A DNA stretch of 64,000 bases, from contig JAUPSS010000004.1 in assembly GCA_040285825.1 (NCBI GenBank), forward strand, positions 5,981,784 through 6,045,783, read 5' to 3'. Shown here piece by piece: positions 45,030 to 57,946 of this stretch (position 1 is its first letter; the number at the start of each line of letters is the position of its first letter). The translations under genes and the position numbers were made by a program. Source of the DNA: Eukaryota sp. TZLM1-RC (lineage: Eukaryota > Protista > Metamonada: BaSk clade). Under the pieces are notes generated by a model. That model was not told the DNA's origin, did not search any database, and worked only from the letters and a program-made list of their open reading frames with translations.

Positions 45030-46345
45030 TTTATTTATTAAACAACTTATAAATCAACATCCAAATAATAACATCTCTCCCAACACAAAACAATTAGATG
45101 CAACTCTTTTTTAGTGAGATCCACGGGAACGCAAAGCATCAGAAACCCAATATGTTGAAATTGCTGTAAGTTCTTTCTTTTCAATCATAATAAAATCTGC
45201 CAAAAGGAGTATAGACGAGGGAGCAAGTGAACCAAATAGAGAAAATACAAATGGATACAAATTGTATTTTGCATGCTGTTGGCTGGACAACTTGAACAAA
45301 GGTTCATTGTATTTTTTGATTTGGAGATTTTCAGCTTTTGAAAGAGGATCATGAATTATAGAACTAGCAAGCCTTTCGTTTGAGGCACTACAAGGATCAA
45401 CAGACATTAAATCCAATAAAATGAACGTTCTATCCAATCCGGGTAATATGACATCACCTCTATTGTTCTTATGAAAATCATTTTCAGCATCAAACCGATT
45501 TGACAACAGAGGTTCCAAGAAGGATTCAATTCTATGGTACTTGCACTTACAATACAATTGCGCTCTTACAGCATCGTGAATCTTGCTTCTAGGAGTTATA
45601 AGATGTTTACAATTTAACAAATGAGAAATTGTAATTTTTAGAGAACATTTACAAATTAAATTGTGAGGTAAATGATCAGGTCAGATAAAGGAGCGAAGTC
45701 TCATATTCAAAGTCCAGTCAGAATCAGATAAGAAAGTACCATAACCTTGAGGAATTGTTGTAACTAAAGCAGAAGATGTACTACACATATCTTGTAAAAG
45801 CTTTGCAAAAGCGGGATTCTTTTTCTTGGCCAAGCCCAGTCTAATATCAGAATTTAAGCTTTCAAAAATGTTTGACAATTTTTGTTGAAGCTTTTGACAG
45901 CAAAAATGCAAATAAAAAGAGATCGGTTTGGAATTTCTTGAATTGATTGGGGAAAACCTTTGGTCCAGATTTGTGGTGGCGATCTAACGAGTTCACATGT
46001 TAACTCATTCAAATATGGACTGCAACTGGGAACTAAAAAATGAGAATCTTCAGGAAAATCTACGAGAAAATTCAAAATAAAATTCTTGCCTCCACCCAAA
46101 AATGTTGACTGACACAAAATAGCAGATTTGGTGAATCCAATACCACCCAATTTTGCTGAAGAAAATAAGTGATTTTTCAACATTCCTGGTTCTACATCCA
46201 ATAAATCAGCCAAAAATTCTGTTCTCAATGAATTAAAGGAACGGCAAAAAACTAATGCTATGGAAGGAGCACAAGATCTCAAAATGTGGGTTATTCTCCC
46301 AGTGTAGCAAATTTTAAGCATGAAAAATTCAAATCCTTTTCTTGA
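45030..46345 (-). mobile_element. CRE-like family B, degenerate
   Basis: Collinear with 21627-22838 and extends further 5' (ITHILRS). Several frameshifts. Confidence 0.88.
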
Positions 46346-46980
46346 TTCACTTCTCATAAACTTTTTCATTTGGGAAATATCGTGAAATTCCATGTCATTA
46401 GTCCAGTTGTTGGTGTTGGAATTCAACATTGAAATAGAATTTCAGCATTCCGACTAAAATTCTTGACTTAATGAAAATGCTTGGGGTTTTGTATAAGAGG
46501 TACCGTGTTTTGAAAAACTTTGGGACAAAAGGGTAAAATTTCCAAAAAATTTACAAATACAATATTATTTTGCAATTTAAGAAGTGGAAAATCTGGGTTC
46601 CAAAAGGAGAAAGTTAAAATTTCAATGTATAATTGGGAATTCGAGTAGAATTGTAGTTTTTAGAATACCATTATTCAAGTACAAAAAACCTCAACCAATT
46701 TCAATTATTTCAGGACTTAAATCGGAGTACAATATCAGAATTAATCTTATGAAATAATGGCATCATCGACTTTAAAGTATGCATTAAATAAAATTTCTCA
46801 ATTTTGGAAGAGTGGAACCAGGCCTAACAAGAATTATCTTGTTCTATGGTTCTTTTGGGTCAATTTGTTTTAAGGTGCAAGGTATCCAAACAATAACAAT
46901 AGTTGTGTCAAAGCAAAATTTATGTTTTTAAACTATTTACTGGAGAATTTTGCTGAATAATTCAATGTCACAATTTGAAT

Positions 46981-47190
46981 AGCTTGAATAATGAAGTAAG
47001 ACTGGGCTTGGGCCAAAACTAAGAATCCAATTTTTGGTACTTTTATTAAAGATATTCGTAATGGTTCTGCCGCTGCTTTGCTTACTCAAAATCCCTATTT
47101 TAATAAAATTCTTCTACAGGACAATGAATGGCTTTTGAACTTGCGTTTTCTTAGTTTCTTCTGGCCACACAATTTGCCTAATCAATTCAT
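46981..47190 (+). mobile_element. Degenerate CRE-like family C fragment
   Basis: Similar to 57015-57215 (…DNEWLLNLRF…WPHNLPN). Confidence 0.65.
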
Positions 47191-47708
47191 GTCAGCTACC
47201 ACAAATTTTGTTACGTGCAAATCTCAGCGATTCCATTCTCATTTTTCAGCCATTGATACAGTGTCAATATGCGTTACAATATTGCTGCTTTGGATTTCAC
47301 AATGGGTGATTTGTTTCATCTTAGCTTAAATGAAAGCTTCACTGCAAATGCTATGTCTATTGACCATTGAAATCCTTCTTATGATTATGCCAGAGATTTT
47401 AGTTAACAAATCTTGCTACTATTGAGTTGGCAGTCTTCAAAAAATTTCTAAAATCAGAAAACCAAATTGAAGAACTAATTTTGCTAAATAAATTATTGGT
47501 GATTTTAATTTTTCAAAATTTCTCAAGAACAATCAATTTTCATGAACACTACTAAAGAGTCAATAATTGATGCGATTAATCATTTATGTGCAAAATTGCT
47601 TTTTACAACTGCACCCAATGCACGTTTAAGAGCATCAGTTGCTCTATAACCTCATCAGTCCTTCTCTTTCTCCTCAGTTTCAATCCCATCTCAGTAACAG
47701 CTAAAGCA

Positions 47709-48671
47709 ATGAGTGATCTTCTGCAGTTTTTTACTACCCAGTCATCAAAGTCCATTCTTAATGTTGATGAATGTGAAGCTACACTTTCTGCCTTTTATAG
47801 TCACTACGCAGACTTTCACGAAGAGAAGCCACCGTGGTCGTCTTTGAACTTCACTGTCATAACAGAGTTTATTGCTGACCCTCGCCTTGATGATCATCCA
47901 ACAATAATCCACTTACTCCTTTCTTCCCTTCGCATTATTTCTCGTTACCACATCCACCACTCTGACTTCTCTCATCGATCTCTAGAAACACTTGTATACA
48001 TGCTCAAAGACTCTCTTAACGACCTCAATGACGCCAACATTATCATCTTACTCGGCATTCTCACAAATCTATCACTTACAGCATCCATTACAGAACTTTT
48101 CCTCTCCCTTGACGTCATTTCTCCTCTACAGACCCTTATTTCCAACACCATAAGTGATGATCTTTTGACTTCATCTTGTTCTCTTCTCCAAACCCTTGCC
48201 TATCACGATGCTGGCAAACACGCTCTGCTCAATCTCACATCAAGTCTATGCTCACTTCTCTCTACGTCGTCCGACCTTCTCAAATGTTCAGTATTGGGTG
48301 TACTACACAACATCACAACTCTTCCTGAATCCCTTCCTTTTATTTACGAATCAAAAGTTATTCCCCTCTTGCTCTCACTCCTCGACCCTAACCCTAGTAA
48401 TGAAGTTCGTTCTCAATTGATTTTGTTATCTTCAGGGACTGTTCAGAATATTGTTCGTGACTCTAGTTGTAGACAAGTTGTTGTTGATAATAAGGGGGTT
48501 GAGCTGCTGTGTAATGTCGCTGCTTATGGAGACTGGGAAGCTCAGAGAGGTGCTATAGGAGCCTTGGTTAATATTTTCTCTTGTGAAGGCAATGGAAAGT
48601 CTTTTAAATTAGTTAAAGAATTGATTGGTGATTTGATTGTACTTGGTTTTTTTGCAGATAATTTGGGTTAG
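47709..48671 (+). CDS. Armadillo-repeat protein
   Basis: Repeated LGILTNLS, LGVLHNIT, SGTVQNIV and IGALVNI helix-3 motifs. ATG at 47709 preferred. Confidence 0.8.
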   Translation: MSDLLQFFTTQSSKSILNVDECEATLSAFYSHYADFHEEKPPWSSLNFTVITEFIADPRLDDHPTIIHLLLSSLRIISRYHIHHSDFSHRSLETLVYMLKDSLNDLNDANIIILLGILTNLSLTASITELFLSLDVISPLQTLISNTISDDLLTSSCSLLQTLAYHDAGKHALLNLTSSLCSLLSTSSDLLKCSVLGVLHNITTLPESLPFIYESKVIPLLLSLLDPNPSNEVRSQLILLSSGTVQNIVRDSSCRQVVVDNKGVELLCNVAAYGDWEAQRGAIGALVNIFSCEGNGKSFKLVKELIGDLIVLGFFADNLG

Positions 48672-49589
48672 GATTCGGGTTTGGTTTGTGTTTTTTGGTG
48701 AATGACGTTTTCTTTCTCTTAATCTTGTTTTATTTAATTTATTCGATTAGTGATCTTTTTTGATCAGCGTTTTTGCTTTTTTGTACATAATATTTCTTCA
48801 TTTTGTTTTTTTAGCTGAATAACCATTGCCATTTATTGTAAATGAGTTTCTTACTAAAAATAAACCAAATTATTTTCTCTCATTCTACCAAAGTTCCCCA
48901 TAAAATTTTGTTTTGTTCAGATGTTTCGACTCTATTCTCTACTTGAATTAATCATTTATAAATAAATAACACTTAACTTCTTCCTTTTTCCAGCGTTCTT
49001 CGTCACTAAAATGCATCACGTTCACAATTAATTCTTCTTTTACTTTTATTAAATATTTGATAAATGATTAAATTGCATTGAACTACAACACTTAATACAA
49101 AAGCCTCTGAATTAGTGGAAAGAAATATCATTGTTAACAAAATGGTGATCTGCATGAGTTCTCGCCATTGCTATTGCTGTTCGATGAATGAACAGAGAGA
49201 ATTATAAGAAACGTCGTATTATTAAAGAACAATTTTTCATATCGACAATCAACTTGCAACACTTTTAAGCAACCACCCACGGTGTGAAACTATGATTTTA
49301 CTTCATCAAACAACCATGTCCGAGATTTTATTGCAGAACAAATGTGGTCCGAGCAATTGAGAGCTTGAAATCTTAATTCTGTACATATGGTTTTCATTGT
49401 AGGCTTTGGAATGAGTAAGGTTCAAAATCTCAACTTAATACATTTTTTTCATTGGTTTTCATCAGTTTGAAGCGTGTAATTGAAGATCTATAAAATTCAT
49501 GCAAGTATTTATTGAATCCATTTGCTGCAATAATCTTGTATATCGCAGAGCCCCTGTGGAAAGAAAAAATGGCACAGTTAATGAAGCAG

Positions 49590-50866
49590 CTAATGTTGAT
49601 AGAATTAGACCACTTGTTTTATTGCTTTCCCATTTTAGATAAACTGAAGACCAGAAGTATAATTAGAAAATGTTTTGAATGATTTCCAAACAATGGTTCA
49701 AGAAAAAACAATTTGATATCTTTTTATGGTGCGCTGGATTTCAAATCGCCATAATTGATTGATCGCCTGGGTTTTTCAATCGAATTAGAGAAGCTTTAGA
49801 CAGCGGGTAGATAAAAATTCTGTAGAGGAAATCGTGGTTCAATGAATTTCATCCCATTGGCTATGAGTATATTTTGTTAAGTGTGAAAGTTCAATAATTA
49901 ATGTTAGTTAAAATTAAAAAATTTGCCCGGCTTATTTGTGTTAATTTCCTTATTTACATTAGTTTTTATTTTATTTTTTAATAAATTTATTTATTTTATT
50001 TTACATATCGCTGGATTGTTCATGATGCTGTTAAAACAACTATATGTCATGTTTAAAAGCCACCTGTTAAGCTTTTGTAGAATCGCCTGTGCGTAAGAAG
50101 TCACCTGAAAATAAAGATAATAAAGCTTTTGGGAAATGCTGACCTGATATATTTACATCTGGTTCAGATGGATTAATCAAAGTTGTTGATGTTTTCACTG
50201 TTGATGTTTGTAGGGAATCAACAGTGAATTTTGCTAAAAGAGATGATACGCCCTATGTTTTGCTGAAAAGGGCAATGTAAAACTACTTTTTGTTTTAAGG
50301 AAAAAAATCATCAAATACACAACTAAAGCTCCACATCCTCAAAATCTACCTCCCCTACATTACAACAATTAATTACTAAAGATTCAGAAAATTTACCATA
50401 TGAAGATAGTGAATCAGACAATCATTTCACCATAATTTTGAAAATAGAAAATACAATCCTGTTTTACCAGTAAACACGATTCAAAATTCTTCCAGTTCTT
50501 TCCTTGACAACTACATTAAAATCCTCAAGGAAAGCCATTGCAGCCTTATTTAAAGATCCGAGCAAGGAAAAAACAAAGGGCCATAAATTATGTTGTGCAT
50601 GAAAATTTTCATTGACAGGTTTCATTGATAGGTTTCGAGTATTTAGCAATTTTGTTTTTTCCGCCAGCTAGAAGAGGATTATTGACGTCTGAGTTAATGA
50701 AATGTTCGTTAGAACAATTACAAGGGTCTGTGGACATGGCTCCTCAAATAGTAAAACTACCATTTAAGCCGGAAACAACCAAATCACCGCTTCTCAGACC
50801 CATAGAAGCTCTGTGGAAGCACGTACTATCAATATTGGGATCATCAAGAATTAATTTTGATAACAA
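49590..50866. mobile_element. Cluster of CRE-like fragments: family A 3' end (+, 49590-49897), family E (+, 50005-50280), family C (-, 50300-50866)
   Basis: Nucleotide similarity to the other copies of each family in this window. Confidence 0.75.
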
Positions 50867-51778
50867 ACTAATAGTTTTGGTTATAACTTATTATTAGTTA
50901 AATATTATCACCTCGAAAAAGTTCAAACTACAAGAAATTCAGGAAAATCATTTGAAGAAAGAATTATTGACTCAACTCAACAAAGTCAGGGAAGCCATTA
51001 TCGGTGGAAACCTTGATGAAGCTCCTATCAATGTTCACATTGTTTTTCCCTTTTCCCAGCCAGAGTTGATCCTGAAGTGTTTTGCTTACCTAAAACATTG
51101 CTTAAATCCACCTTTTATTGAAGGTAAAAATCTTTATTGTACTCAATCAGCCAAGCCATTGAGATTTCTCTCCCATGCTATAGATTAACAGGATTAAAAC
51201 AAGAAATTGATTTATTTAATCAAAACAATCCTACTAGAAAAAGAGATTTTCAACAAGAATGGGATGAACAAAAGAAAAAGCAAAATCAACAACGTGGGGT
51301 TTAGCGAAGTGTCAGACGTGCAGCATGTATTGGAATAGAGACTTCAACTCTGCCATAAATAAATATTTCATTATAACATCTGCAATCAACGGTGAAGGTA
51401 CACTATCCATTTTCGAGAGACCAAAAACTCAATCAAAAAATTTCGAAAATGGATCAACTACTTCACAGAGAGATCAGAAAAAGATGGCTGCTGAGAAGGA
51501 CAAAAAACCGAGAATAGCGGTTAATGTCGCAGGCCACAACAGAAGAAACTGTCCATCGCAAATTCCTGAAACAAGAACATCGTCATCGTCATTGAGTGCT
51601 AAGTGAAAACAGGGAGGAACTAAAAGAGAGTAGTCAAGAAGACCTCTGTAGAAGAAAATATCAGTCCATCTTAAATGATGTGGAAGCTCAATAGTGGGAG
51701 TTGTAATGAAGAATGGATTTCCAATGTAGGTTTGGTAAATGCATTTGGATTTGGACTCACAGTACACATCCTTAACTT

Positions 51779-54700
51779 ATGTTTGCTTCTCTATGCAAGA
51801 AGATTTCTCTTCCTGCTGGTGTTTCTATTTCTTGCATAGCATGGAACAACAGTGACAAGCTCTTTGCTGTTGGTGGAGATAATGGCTTCCTCAAGATACT
51901 TAAACTTGACTCCACTGCTAAAACTGGCCTCTCTTTCAATCACTCTCTTACTGGACACACTCAAAAGATCTCTCATGTCTGCTGGAACGAATCTCACTCC
52001 CGACTCACTACAGCTGATACGAGTGGTAGCATCATTGTCTGGAGATTTGTTGAAACTGAATCCACTGAGAACCCTCAAGACATTACCCTTCATTTCATTG
52101 AAGAAATGGTTAATCATCGTCCTAAGCACACCATCATTGATATCCAATGGACTCTTGATGGAGAACGCGTCGTTGTAGGTTATAGCGACGGCCATGCTCT
52201 CGTTGGCACAGTTGATGGAAACCGTGTGTGGGGTGATCAAATCCTTGCCGATGGATCAAAACTTACGTCACTCAAATGGTACGGAGATGATAAACTTATA
52301 GCCTTGTCCTCCTCCAATAATGAACCTGATATCAAGGTTTTCGATTCAGACGGCACTTTCTGTTCTTCACTTCTTCATCTTTTTCCTTCAACCAAAGCCT
52401 CTCTTCTTGCTGACCCCAACGTTTTACCTTCTTCTGCTCAATGCTACTCCAATCTAGCTGGTGTAACCGGCTCTTTGGCTTTCCTGTCGACATCTCACTT
52501 GTTCATACTTCCTTTAAATAAAAATGGTTACGACTACCATTTTAACTCCATCGTTAAACCATCTTCTGATTTATCTTCGGTTATCTCATTAAATACTAGT
52601 AGCTCTTTGCTATCATTCACATCTTCTCCATTGTGCCAATGGAGCCCTGATGGTATGGTCTTAGCTGTCATTTCTGAAAATTTCATCAATTTTTACTCAA
52701 TCAGCGGGGATTTTCTTTATAGTATTCCCATCCCTAAACCTAAATCTCAATCATCCCCTTGTTGTTTGACATGGTGCTACGGTGGTTCTATGATGGCAAT
52801 AGCACAAGGCAATCAGGTAGTTTTTCTCAATACAAGGTTTACAAATACTATACATTCTTTCTCAGAAAACTGCTTATCCTTAATTCGGCCTTTTGGAACA
52901 GTTCTTGCCTTAGATTGTGGAAGTACGGATACTGGTAATGAGTCTTGTGCGGTTTTTCTAAATTTGACCACAATGGATTCTAAAATATTATCACTGTCTG
53001 GATATTTGAATTCTTGTAGCTCTTCCAAGTATTTCGTTGCTGTTTTAGGTGATATGGATTCAAACAATGATTCAAACCATTTACCTGGCTTAGATGAACA
53101 GCTAATGGAAGTTCAATCAAAAGTCAAGAAGGGTCAAGATCGGTCTTTGAGTTTCTTCTTGACTTTATTTGACTCTGTTGGAGCACAGTTAGCTCAAACT
53201 TCTACTATCTTAAAACCTTTATTACTTTGCTGTAATGATAGTATGGCAATTGTTTCTGATTCCAGAAATTTGTGTATCTGGAGATTTCCTTTATCAAACA
53301 ATCCAAATGATGATCAAAAAGGATTGGAAGTCTCCTATATTCTCATGGATGATCCATCCTATAGTTTAATAGAGCAAACCAAATTTTCAAGCTTGTCAAA
53401 TTCCAAATCAACGGATTCTGTCAATTTTATTTTTTGTAATAATTTTTATTTATTTGTGATTTTTAAATCAGGAAGATTATTGTTGTTTTCTCTGCCAGAT
53501 ATTTCTTTCGTTCAATCAATAACTCTATCAAAAATGATTGATTTAAGTGAGTCAACTGTGGTCAAGATTGTTATTAATTCCGATAGTTCGAAACTCATCA
53601 TGATTACTTCTCAAGCTGTCCTACATGCGTTTTCTATAACTTCTACTAATTCAAAACAATTAAATCTAGAATTAATTCCCCAATTAACAAGAAGAGACTG
53701 CTGGAGAGCTCTCTTCGCACAAGATGATCCTTCTCTGATGGTGTTTGCTGAAAAGGGTAAGCTTTTCACTGTAAGATCTGACAAACTCGAAGAACCGCTC
53801 TCAACTGCCCAACCGTGCTTTCCTACCGTTTATAAGGATTTGAATATCACATGTTTGTCCTTAGATTATCTACTCGACACACTTGTACCGTCACATTCAG
53901 GCGTCAAGTTTCAACTAACCTCGAAGGCTCTACGAGATCTTGAGTTAATGGCAGAATCTGTTCCATTGAAAGATTCATTCATGTATGTTAAGGAAAATCC
54001 ACATCCAAGACTCTGGCTAAAGGTTGCTCAAGTTGCACTTAATAATTCTGATTTTGATATTGCGTTTAAATGTTTTGTTGAGACTTCTGATTATTCAGGA
54101 ATTCAGCTAATCAAAAAACTTCGAACTATAAGAGATCCAAAACTAAGAGCAGCTGAAGTTGCTTTGTTTTTTGGTAATGGCGAGGAGGCAGAGAAAATTT
54201 ACCTCTCTTTAGGGAGAAAGGACTTGGCATCAACTCTTTGTAGGCAGTTAGGAGATTTACATCGAGCATTGGAGCTGTCTGGAGATGACACAATGCTGCG
54301 TAAGGATGCACTGTCGACACTGGGTTACAAATATTTCGATAGGGGGGAGTTGGGCTCAGCTGCTGAAATTTTTGATGAACTCAACGATTTTGAAGCTCTT
54401 TCTCTATGTCATTTTGAATCTGAAAATTTCGTCGGACTACTTGAAATCGCACATCGCCTCCCCGACAAACACCCACTCCTCCCTACAATCTGTGACTATC
54501 TCACTGCTGGAGGGTTCGCCGTGGGTGCTGCTGAGACTGCAGTCAAAGCTGGAATGTTGGAAAGAGCGGTGGATATTTGCTTCGAGTACAATGAATGGGA
54601 AAAAGTTGTTCAACTCGCCAATGAGCATAATATTCCAAATATTGTGGAAAAATTAGATAAGATTACCCATTTAACTATAGAATCTGGGGACGTAATTGGC

Positions 54701-55594
54701 GGTATATCTTTGTTTTTGAAAGGTCAGCGTTTCGCTAAAGCTGCCAGAATTCTAGTAGATTTAGGGAAGAAATTGATTCATGAACGATTAAAGGTGAATA
54801 CTACAAACACCAAGTCTGTTTCAACACTATTTGATAATTTAAAGTTGAATTCAGCTACGTTTTTGTTAATCAAGAAGTTGTTTTGTTTTGCAGCTATCCA
54901 ACTAAACCAGGAGCGTTCACTTAAACTTAATAGCCAAAATGCAGGAAAAGGTACGTTAAACAATTTTTTGAACTTTGAATCAAACCTCTCAAAAGATTTG
55001 ATTGATTGTTGGCGTAATCCGATGGCTGTCCATTTACTTCTATTAGTCGAACGTCACTTATACTCTGGGGAATACAACTTGGCGCTGGTGACTGCAACTA
55101 TTTTATTTTCCTATCAAGATGTTATTCCTAAAGTACACTGTGTTTCGCTACTCATTCTGGCAGCATTATATGCCGAGAAGTTGGACTGTGTTTCAAATGC
55201 ACTCACTTGTATTGAATCAGATGAATCTATTCCAATGTCTATAAGAAAGAGCTTTATTAATTTTGGGTTTATTTTATTTAAAGATAGAGAACCTTCACCC
55301 TCAGAACCTCCTTTTCCTCCCACTCAGTGTTTACACTGTCGTGAAGATGTTTCCTGTTTGGAACCTTATTGTCACTGTGGTTACGCACTTCCTTTTTGTA
55401 TTGCTTCAGGACAGCGCCTATCTATGAACGACGTTATGTGGCGTTGTTCTCGGTGTAGTCAACGTGCTTTGAAAGCTTGTATGGAGGGTGCTGCTGTCTG
55501 TCCATTATGTCATGAAGAAATAGTGGAAGAAGAGGATTTTAATTTGGAAATAGAAGAGGATAGTTTTGATGACGAGCTAGAAGAGTTTTTGTAG
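51779..55594 (+). CDS. WDR35: WD repeat protein 35 / IFT121 (IFT-A complex)
   Basis: N-terminus LCKKISLP…CIAWN…VGGDNGFLKILKL, EEMVNHR, VGTVDGNRVWG, ENPHPRLW, DYSGIQLIKKL, C-terminal zinc-binding region CIASG…CPLCH. Confidence 0.95.
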   Translation: MFASLCKKISLPAGVSISCIAWNNSDKLFAVGGDNGFLKILKLDSTAKTGLSFNHSLTGHTQKISHVCWNESHSRLTTADTSGSIIVWRFVETESTENPQDITLHFIEEMVNHRPKHTIIDIQWTLDGERVVVGYSDGHALVGTVDGNRVWGDQILADGSKLTSLKWYGDDKLIALSSSNNEPDIKVFDSDGTFCSSLLHLFPSTKASLLADPNVLPSSAQCYSNLAGVTGSLAFLSTSHLFILPLNKNGYDYHFNSIVKPSSDLSSVISLNTSSSLLSFTSSPLCQWSPDGMVLAVISENFINFYSISGDFLYSIPIPKPKSQSSPCCLTWCYGGSMMAIAQGNQVVFLNTRFTNTIHSFSENCLSLIRPFGTVLALDCGSTDTGNESCAVFLNLTTMDSKILSLSGYLNSCSSSKYFVAVLGDMDSNNDSNHLPGLDEQLMEVQSKVKKGQDRSLSFFLTLFDSVGAQLAQTSTILKPLLLCCNDSMAIVSDSRNLCIWRFPLSNNPNDDQKGLEVSYILMDDPSYSLIEQTKFSSLSNSKSTDSVNFIFCNNFYLFVIFKSGRLLLFSLPDISFVQSITLSKMIDLSESTVVKIVINSDSSKLIMITSQAVLHAFSITSTNSKQLNLELIPQLTRRDCWRALFAQDDPSLMVFAEKGKLFTVRSDKLEEPLSTAQPCFPTVYKDLNITCLSLDYLLDTLVPSHSGVKFQLTSKALRDLELMAESVPLKDSFMYVKENPHPRLWLKVAQVALNNSDFDIAFKCFVETSDYSGIQLIKKLRTIRDPKLRAAEVALFFGNGEEAEKIYLSLGRKDLASTLCRQLGDLHRALELSGDDTMLRKDALSTLGYKYFDRGELGSAAEIFDELNDFEALSLCHFESENFVGLLEIAHRLPDKHPLLPTICDYLTAGGFAVGAAETAVKAGMLERAVDICFEYNEWEKVVQLANEHNIPNIVEKLDKITHLTIESGDVIGGISLFLKGQRFAKAARILVDLGKKLIHERLKVNTTNTKSVSTLFDNLKLNSATFLLIKKLFCFAAIQLNQERSLKLNSQNAGKGTLNNFLNFESNLSKDLIDCWRNPMAVHLLLLVERHLYSGEYNLALVTATILFSYQDVIPKVHCVSLLILAALYAEKLDCVSNALTCIESDESIPMSIRKSFINFGFILFKDREPSPSEPPFPPTQCLHCREDVSCLEPYCHCGYALPFCIASGQRLSMNDVMWRCSRCSQRALKACMEGAAVCPLCHEEIVEEEDFNLEIEEDSFDDELEEFL

Positions 55595-56267
55595 TTGTTT
55601 TATTCAGATTTTTTGGTTTTTTGAGTTTTCACCGTTGTTATTTGTAAAAATAAATTGTAATTTAATCATCTTTGAATGTTTCTTCTTTTTCTTGGTATAC
55701 TGATGATAATTTAACTTCTCAAAGTCCCCACTTCTGGTATTGTTGAATTGCCACAGTTGATTAACAATAACATTAAACTATCGGTTACTGTGATCTTGAA
55801 TGTTACTACCTTCAGTTTACCCAATTTATTCTTGCTTCAGACTTCAAAATAATCTCTTCACATATCAGGATGAACCCCTTCACAAAGATTGGGAAACCGT
55901 CGAGTGGTAAGAGGTTTTCTTAATCGATTTAATTATTTTCTCAAAAGCTCAATAGTATTGATAATTATGTGCTGATTTCTGGTATTCAGGGATGTCTGGT
56001 GTCCATCAACTGTTAGAACGTTGGTTTTCCTCTTCATAATTATTAGTAATCTAAATTTTCTTATTTTCAACTTTATATTTTGAGGTGATCAGTTGGCCCA
56101 TTGATAAGTTGCCCAAACGAATCAACTCGATGAGTCAAATCATTTGAATGTTTAGGGAAAAGTTATGACTGGGGTAAATAGAAGGTTTATTATGTTTAAT
56201 AAAAGAAAGAACAGGAAATGAATTGAGTTTTAATTTCTGTTACAATAGAATTGTTTTTTGTATTTTT

Positions 56268-57945
56268 AAAGCCATTCCAGAAATGATTAATTCTTGATGA
56301 CCCCAATATTCATAGTACGCGCTGCAACAGAGCTTCTTTGGGTCTGACAAGAGGTGATTTGGTTGTTCCCGGCTTAAGTAATAGTTTTACTATTTTAGAT
56401 ACAATGTCCATAGACCCTTGTTATTCTTCTAACAAACATTTACTAAATACAAATGTCAATATTCGTTTTTTTGCTGGCCAAAAATGCAAAATTGCCAAAT
56501 GTGCAAAACGTATTTCTTGTTAATGCCAATTTTTTTTAACATCAAATTTTTTTATTTTAAAAATTTGTCATTCTGGAAAATTCACTCATATTTTAAGGTC
56601 AACTCCCCTTCGGTATCTCTCAATTTTTGCAGATCTTTTAACAAACTTCGAGTCAAATTTTTTTCTTTTTTATTAGAAGTAAATGAATCTTTAATTCGAA
56701 GTCATGTATTTTGTTCAGCAGATTTGGGTGGCATTGGATTCACCAAATCTTCGATTCTGTGTAAAGCAGCATTTTTGGGAGGTGGTAAAAATTTTGTTTT
56801 TGAATTTTTCCAAAGGTTCCCTTTTGATGTTCATCTGATCAATGGTGAATCAAATTTTTATTTGAATCAACTTCAAATCGAATTAGATAATTTGCCTAGT
56901 GATATCTGGATTCAGTGTTTTCCTCAAAATGTTCAAGAAATTCCCACCCGATCATTTCCAAAATTACGTTTTTGCTTGAAAAAGCTTCAGCACCATCTGG
57001 TTAAATTATATGAAGGCTTGGATTATGAAGTAAGACTTGGCTTGGCCAAAACTAAAAATCCCGCTTTCGGTAATTTTTTAAAGGATATTCGTGATAGTTC
57101 AGCTGCTGCTTTAGTAACTCAAGTTCCCTCTGTTTATGGACTTTTGTTAAAAGACAATGAATGGCTTCTAAACATGCGTTTTCGTTGTTTTCTGTGGCCA
57201 AACAATTTGCCCAATCATTTAACTTGTAAATGTGGTAAACCTCTTTTGTTTACTCATCTTTTGAACTGTAAACATTTCATTACGTTTAGAAGCAAAGTGC
57301 ATAACAACGTCAGGGACCAAATTTATGTAATGTGCAAATCATATCGAGTAGATTCCTTTTTAGAACCGCTGTTATCAAAATTAATTCTTGATGATCCCAA
57401 TATTGATAGTACGCGTTACAACAGAGCTTCTATGGGTCTGACTAGAGGTGATCTAGTTGTTCCTGGTTTAAATGGTAGTTTTACTATTTTGGACGCCATG
57501 TCTATTGACCCTTGTAATTCCTCTAACGAACATTTCATTAACTCGGATGTAAATAATCCTCTTCTTGCAGGCGAAAAATATAAAATTGCTAAATATGCGA
57601 AACCCATTTCCTCGGTTAATGAAAATTCTCATGCCCAATAGAATTTATGTCCCTTTGTTTTTCCTTGCTGGGATCTTTAGGTAAGGCTGCTATGACTTTC
57701 CTCGAAAATTTTAATGTAGTTGTAAGGGAAAGAACTGGAAGAATTTTAAATCGTCTTTACTGGCATAAAAGGATTGTATTTTCTATTTTTAAGAAAATGG
57801 TGAAATTAATTTCTGATTCACTCTCTTCTTTTGGGAAACTTTCTGAATCTTTAGTCATTAATTGTTTCGATGTAGGGGAGGCAGATTTCGAGGATGTGGA
57901 GTTTTAATTGTGTATTTCATATTTGTTGTTGGATAAAAATAAATA
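56268..57945 (+). mobile_element. CRE-like family C: short fragment (56268-56525) followed by a longer 5'-truncated copy (56585-57945)
   Basis: LGGIGF, CKCG…HLLNC, RGDLVVPG, SIDPCN, KIAKY, …FEDVEF*. Nonsense TAG at 57639-57641. Confidence 0.88.
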
Positions 57946-57946
57946 T

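Noticed and set aside
49140-49370. RDFIAEQMW resembles the C-terminus of PIF/Harbinger transposases
   Set aside because: Single short motif in heavily interrupted sequence with no catalytic motifs visible.
56096-56105. GCCCATTGAT matches the first 10 nt of the predicted Fanzor guide, and 1578-1592 is a 13/15 match
   Set aside because: Matches this short are expected by chance in 64 kb of AT-rich DNA, and the guide start is not established.
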